Origin: Pocillopora damicornis
Lineage: Eukaryota
DNA: 64,000 nt
Assembly: GCF_003704095.1 (NCBI RefSeq)
Contig: NW_020847248.1
Span: forward strand, 1,054,001-1,118,000
Direction of reading: 5' to 3'
Below, piece by piece: positions 60,260 through 64,000 of the stretch; positions within the stretch are counted from its first letter, which is position 1, and every line of letters begins with the position of its first letter. The notes below the pieces were generated by a model that searched no databases, was not told the DNA's origin, and saw nothing but the letters and a program-made list of their open reading frames with translations. The translations under genes were made by a program, and so were the position numbers.

Positions 60260-63200
60260 AAAATGGTTCAAACAATGTAAAAGAAAGGCTGAATGAAGCA
60301 ACAGCGGGAGACCACGGGCTGCCTGAAACTGACCAATCAAAATCTACCTCATACCAAGCCTTAATTACTTTTCATTCCTACACTCAAAACTCGTTGTTTC
60401 TGGCAAAAAGTAAATACCTTGGTGAACTCAAAGATAAAAGGAATTGTTTTATCAAGGCGCCATTTGGGTGGTGTCCGAAACCTGAAGTTCTCACTTTTTT
60501 TTTCGTGGTTTTCTAGGAACTAAAGTAATAATACTCAGACTTCGGCCATAAGGAAGAACTGTCCTATAGATTTTGAGAATACGGAGGTACTCCGAAACTT
60601 CGTGAATCACAAGATAAAATAAACTTTTAACTGACATTTCGAGCCTCATCGCCAAATGACGATAATTAATTACCAAGTGGTCATTGTGAAGTCAAAGGAG
60701 CAAAATAGGAAAAAAATCGTTTTTTTTTTTTTGGAGTGTCCATGGATTGTCGATATTCTCAGAAATACGCTTTTAATTAGGTGATAAAACATTGAAATAA
60801 GAGATTGTATTGGAGGGACACACAAATTTCATTTAATAGATACCAATTTCACTAAATAGAAGAGCGTCGGTTTCATCTGATTTAACTCCACGTGGATAAC
60901 TCCTGCCTAATTGGGAAGTGATTGTAAGTTGTTTTGTAAGCGAATTGTAGGGAACGGTTGGCTATAGTGCAAAATCGATTTTCTTAAATGTATTAAAAAC
61001 GTATTTATATTTAAGAGAAACAACTTGAAAACCTTTGCAAACACCATAGGATTTTTCTGCAGACCCTATATCAGGGTGTGTGATCCACACAACCCCTGGG
61101 CATTTCAGTAAACTTTTAAGTAGTGGCTTGTTCAATGAGGTCCCGCCTCCCCGGGCTAATGCCTCACCCAATATTGGTGCCTGACTAGTTCTAAGTTGTC
61201 AGTGGTGTTGAGTGACGTTTCGACTTTGTTTTATTTTTCCTATTGTCTCAGTTCTAATAATAAAGGGTACCTCATCAAATCAAGTTCAATTTGTATTTCA
61301 CGTTCACTGTGCAACATGAGTAACACGGCGCGTAGAATTCTAGTTTTCCTTGGACGTGAGGCTGAGTCTTTTTCAAATGGACTAAGAAAGATGTACCGCC
61401 AAATGCAGTGTTGCATATCCTCACCGGAGAAGCAATCAGGCAAGTTTTGATGCTTTTAACATTCCAATTTTGTAATTGTCGTATTTCGGTGTGTTTTGGC
61501 TTGAAGTGTCAACTAGAAGTTCATTTTATCTTGTGATTCACAAAGTTTCGGATTATTTCCGTATTCTCAAAATTTATGGGAAAGTATTTCCTTATGGCCG
61601 AAGTCTGAGTATTATTTCTTTTACTAGGCTTTTCAACACACGCCTTCGGGCTCACGAAACTCCTCTAAAAATAGGACAATCACAGCTGCCTACTTGATTT
61701 CATAATGACCACTTGATAATTAGTTATCGTCATGTGGCGATGATGCTTGAAGTTTAAGTCTAAGATAGATTGTTTTTGCCTCAAATTCTCAGTTCTGTAA
61801 ACAGGTTCATTAGCTCGAAGTGTCAGTTAGAAGTTCATTTTATTTTGTGATTCACGAAGTTTTATTTCCGTATTCTCAAAATCTATAGGAAAGTGTTTTC
61901 CTTATGGCCGAAGTCTGAGTATTATTTCTTTTACGAGGCTTTTGAACTCACTTTCGGTTCAGGCAACTCTCTATTAAAAAAAGAAAAGACAATTACCGCC
62001 GCCCCTTTGATTTCACAATACCACTTGATAATTGATTATCGTCATTTGGCGATGATGCTCGAAATATCAGTTAGAAGTTTATTTTATCTTGTGTTTCACG
62101 AAGTTTCGGAGTACCTCTGTATTCTCAAAATCTATAGAACAGTTTTTCTTTATGGCCGAAGTCTGAGTATTATTGCTTTAGTTTCCACAAACCCACGAAA
62201 CGAATAAAAAAGTGAGAATCGCAAATATATCACAACAGTTTCCAGCGTACCTTACTTACTTGAATAAAACAATACTACTCAATTTTTTCATGATTTTAAT
62301 ACTTCAAATTTCATCGTACTTCTATCTTAAATAAAGGAAGCGAAGCCGATTCAAGATAAAAGAGTAAAATATTTTCTTCTTTCGAACGGTTCCATCAACT
62401 TCGCAAAAAAATTGAAAGTCCAGAATTTTATTTAGAAGGTCAGAATTTTGAATCAGTCATTCACAGTTCAGGTATTTCGCTTTTCAATTAATTTCACAGC
62501 TTGAAAATCCCTGCAACCTATAAAGAAAAATACTCGGCGACCATCTGCCTGTTCTTTCATTAATTAACTGCTCTCTTCCCAAATGATACCTTTGTAACAA
62601 AACTAATTCCTGCTTCCTTTAAATTCACTTTGACATTTACCTTTCAAATATAGATATCATGGAATGGTTCAAATAATGTAAAAGAAAGGCTGAATGAAGC
62701 AACAGCGGGAGACCAAGGGCTGTCTGAAACTGACCAATCAAAATCTACCTCATACCAAGGCTTAATTACTTTTTCATTCCTTCAGTCAAATCTCTTTGTT
62801 TCTGGCAAAAAGTAAGTACCTTGGTGAACTCAAAGATAACAGGAATTGTCTTATTAGGGCACCATTTGGGTAGTGTTCGAAACCTGAAGTTCTCACTTTT
62901 TTTGTTCGCTTTCGTGGTTTTCTAGAAACTAAAGCAATAATACTCAGACTTCGGTCAGAAGGAAGAACTGTCCTATAGATTTTGAGAATACGAAGGTACT
63001 CCGAAACTTCGTGAATCACAAGATAAAATAAACTTCTAACTGACACCTCGAGCCTCATTTCCAAATGACGATAATTAATTAATAATAATAATTTAATAAT
63101 TTATTTACTTCTATAGCGCCCTTTAACATTTATATGACCAAAGGCGCTTTACAATTAGTGTCTCTTCCACCCATCCCACCCCAGGGGAGGACATCCACCA

Positions 63201-63790
63201 CACAGTAATCTCGTGCGTGGGAAATTAACGTCTCCTACCCCAACCCTGCAGGAGACGGGGCCTAAGGTTTTACGTCCTATCCGAGAATTAATTACCAAGT
63301 GGTCATTGTGAAGTCAAAGGGGCAGCTGTAATCGCCTGTTTTTTAGTGGAGTTGCGTGAACCGAAAGCATGTGTTCAAAAGCCTCGTTTTATTTTGCAAC
63401 ACACCATTCAAACAAGCTGTTACTTGTCTGTCTGTTCCTCCGAGTCGCATTTCAAAACTTACTTTTTGATTTGAATGTTGAAACTTTCCTGGCCGTTGCT
63501 CCGGATGAGTAAATCCATAACAAAACTATTCTCCTGATTCAAATGGTTCAAACAATATAACATAAAAGCTGAATAAAGCAACAACGGGAGACCACGGGGT
63601 GTCTGAAACTGACCAATCAAAATCTACCCCAGTCAAAAGTCTTTGTTTCTGGCAAAAGTAAATATCTCGGTAAATTCAAAGATAACAGGAATTATGTTAT
63701 TAAGGCGCCCGATTTGAGAGGTGTTCAAAACCTGAGATTCTCACTTTTTTGTCCGCTTTCGTGGTTTTCTAGAAACTTAAACAATAATCG
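60260..63790. repeat. Cluster of ~200-450 bp repeat copies in mixed orientation
   Basis: Direct copies at 60260-60700, 62660-63330 and 63540-63790. Inverted copies at 61500-61750, 61815-62060 and 62060-62220 (ccgtattctcaaaatctatagga...ggccgaagtctgagtatt). A fragment at 55237-55290. Confidence 0.85.
63082..63285 (-). mobile_element. 5'-truncated retroposon (SINE/L2-type 3' end) with (TTA)n tail and 9-bp TSD
   Basis: TSD aattaatta at 63073-63081 and 63286-63294. Empty site in the paralogous repeat at ~60664. Tail region aataataat..tatagcgccc..aaggcgctttaca. Confidence 0.85.
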
Positions 63791-64000
63791 CCTTTTGTTT
63801 AGCAAAGAACCAATACAAATAAAAATAATTTCAATGACTTGAATTGAATTGTTTGAAAACTCTTAGAAACAATTGACAGGTGTCACAGAGATGAAATGCA
63901 AAGTTGAATCTAAATGATTATGAGAAAATTGTTTATCTAGATTAAGAAAGGCGGTGATGAATAAAGGATGTTTTTTTTTCGTCTTGTCACGAGCGCGCGA

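Noticed and set aside
60491-63064. Family of similar short ORFs (LFYLVIHEVSEYLRILKIYRTV)
   Set aside because: They are translations of the same non-coding repeat unit, with frames not preserved between copies.

Overview
AT-rich, intron-containing animal genomic DNA with assembly gaps. The gene and repeat content suggests a cnidarian, probably a stony coral (inference). From left to right: (1) a 5-coding-exon orphan nuclear receptor (+, 6373-11148, 338 aa), whose first coding intron holds a deleted Penelope-like element with a hammerhead ribozyme; (2) three tandem single-coding-exon class A GPCR paralogues with a melanocortin-receptor-like architecture; (3) a tandem segmental duplication (~28.2-36.7 kb and ~36.7-44.0 kb) carrying three TMEM163/ZnT11-like cation-efflux ORFs, one TMEM163-like pseudogene, a decayed Kolobok-like transposon (THAP remnant plus P2X7-ballast/KolX-like remnant) and an orphan copy of the last two eIF3g exons; (4) a complete 10-exon eIF3g gene (-), head-to-head with SPOUT1/C9orf114 (+), which is broken by N-gaps and an inverted duplicate that is probably an assembly artefact; (5) a repeat-rich tail with no confident gene. 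MITEs, tRNA-derived SINEs and minimal hammerhead ribozyme motifs are scattered throughout. The most notable protein-level oddities are loss of both coactivator charge-clamp residues in the nuclear receptor, a remodelled metal site in the TMEM163-like family, and conserved D3.25/H3.33 in the GPCR trio. All alignments were done by eye and no database search was run.
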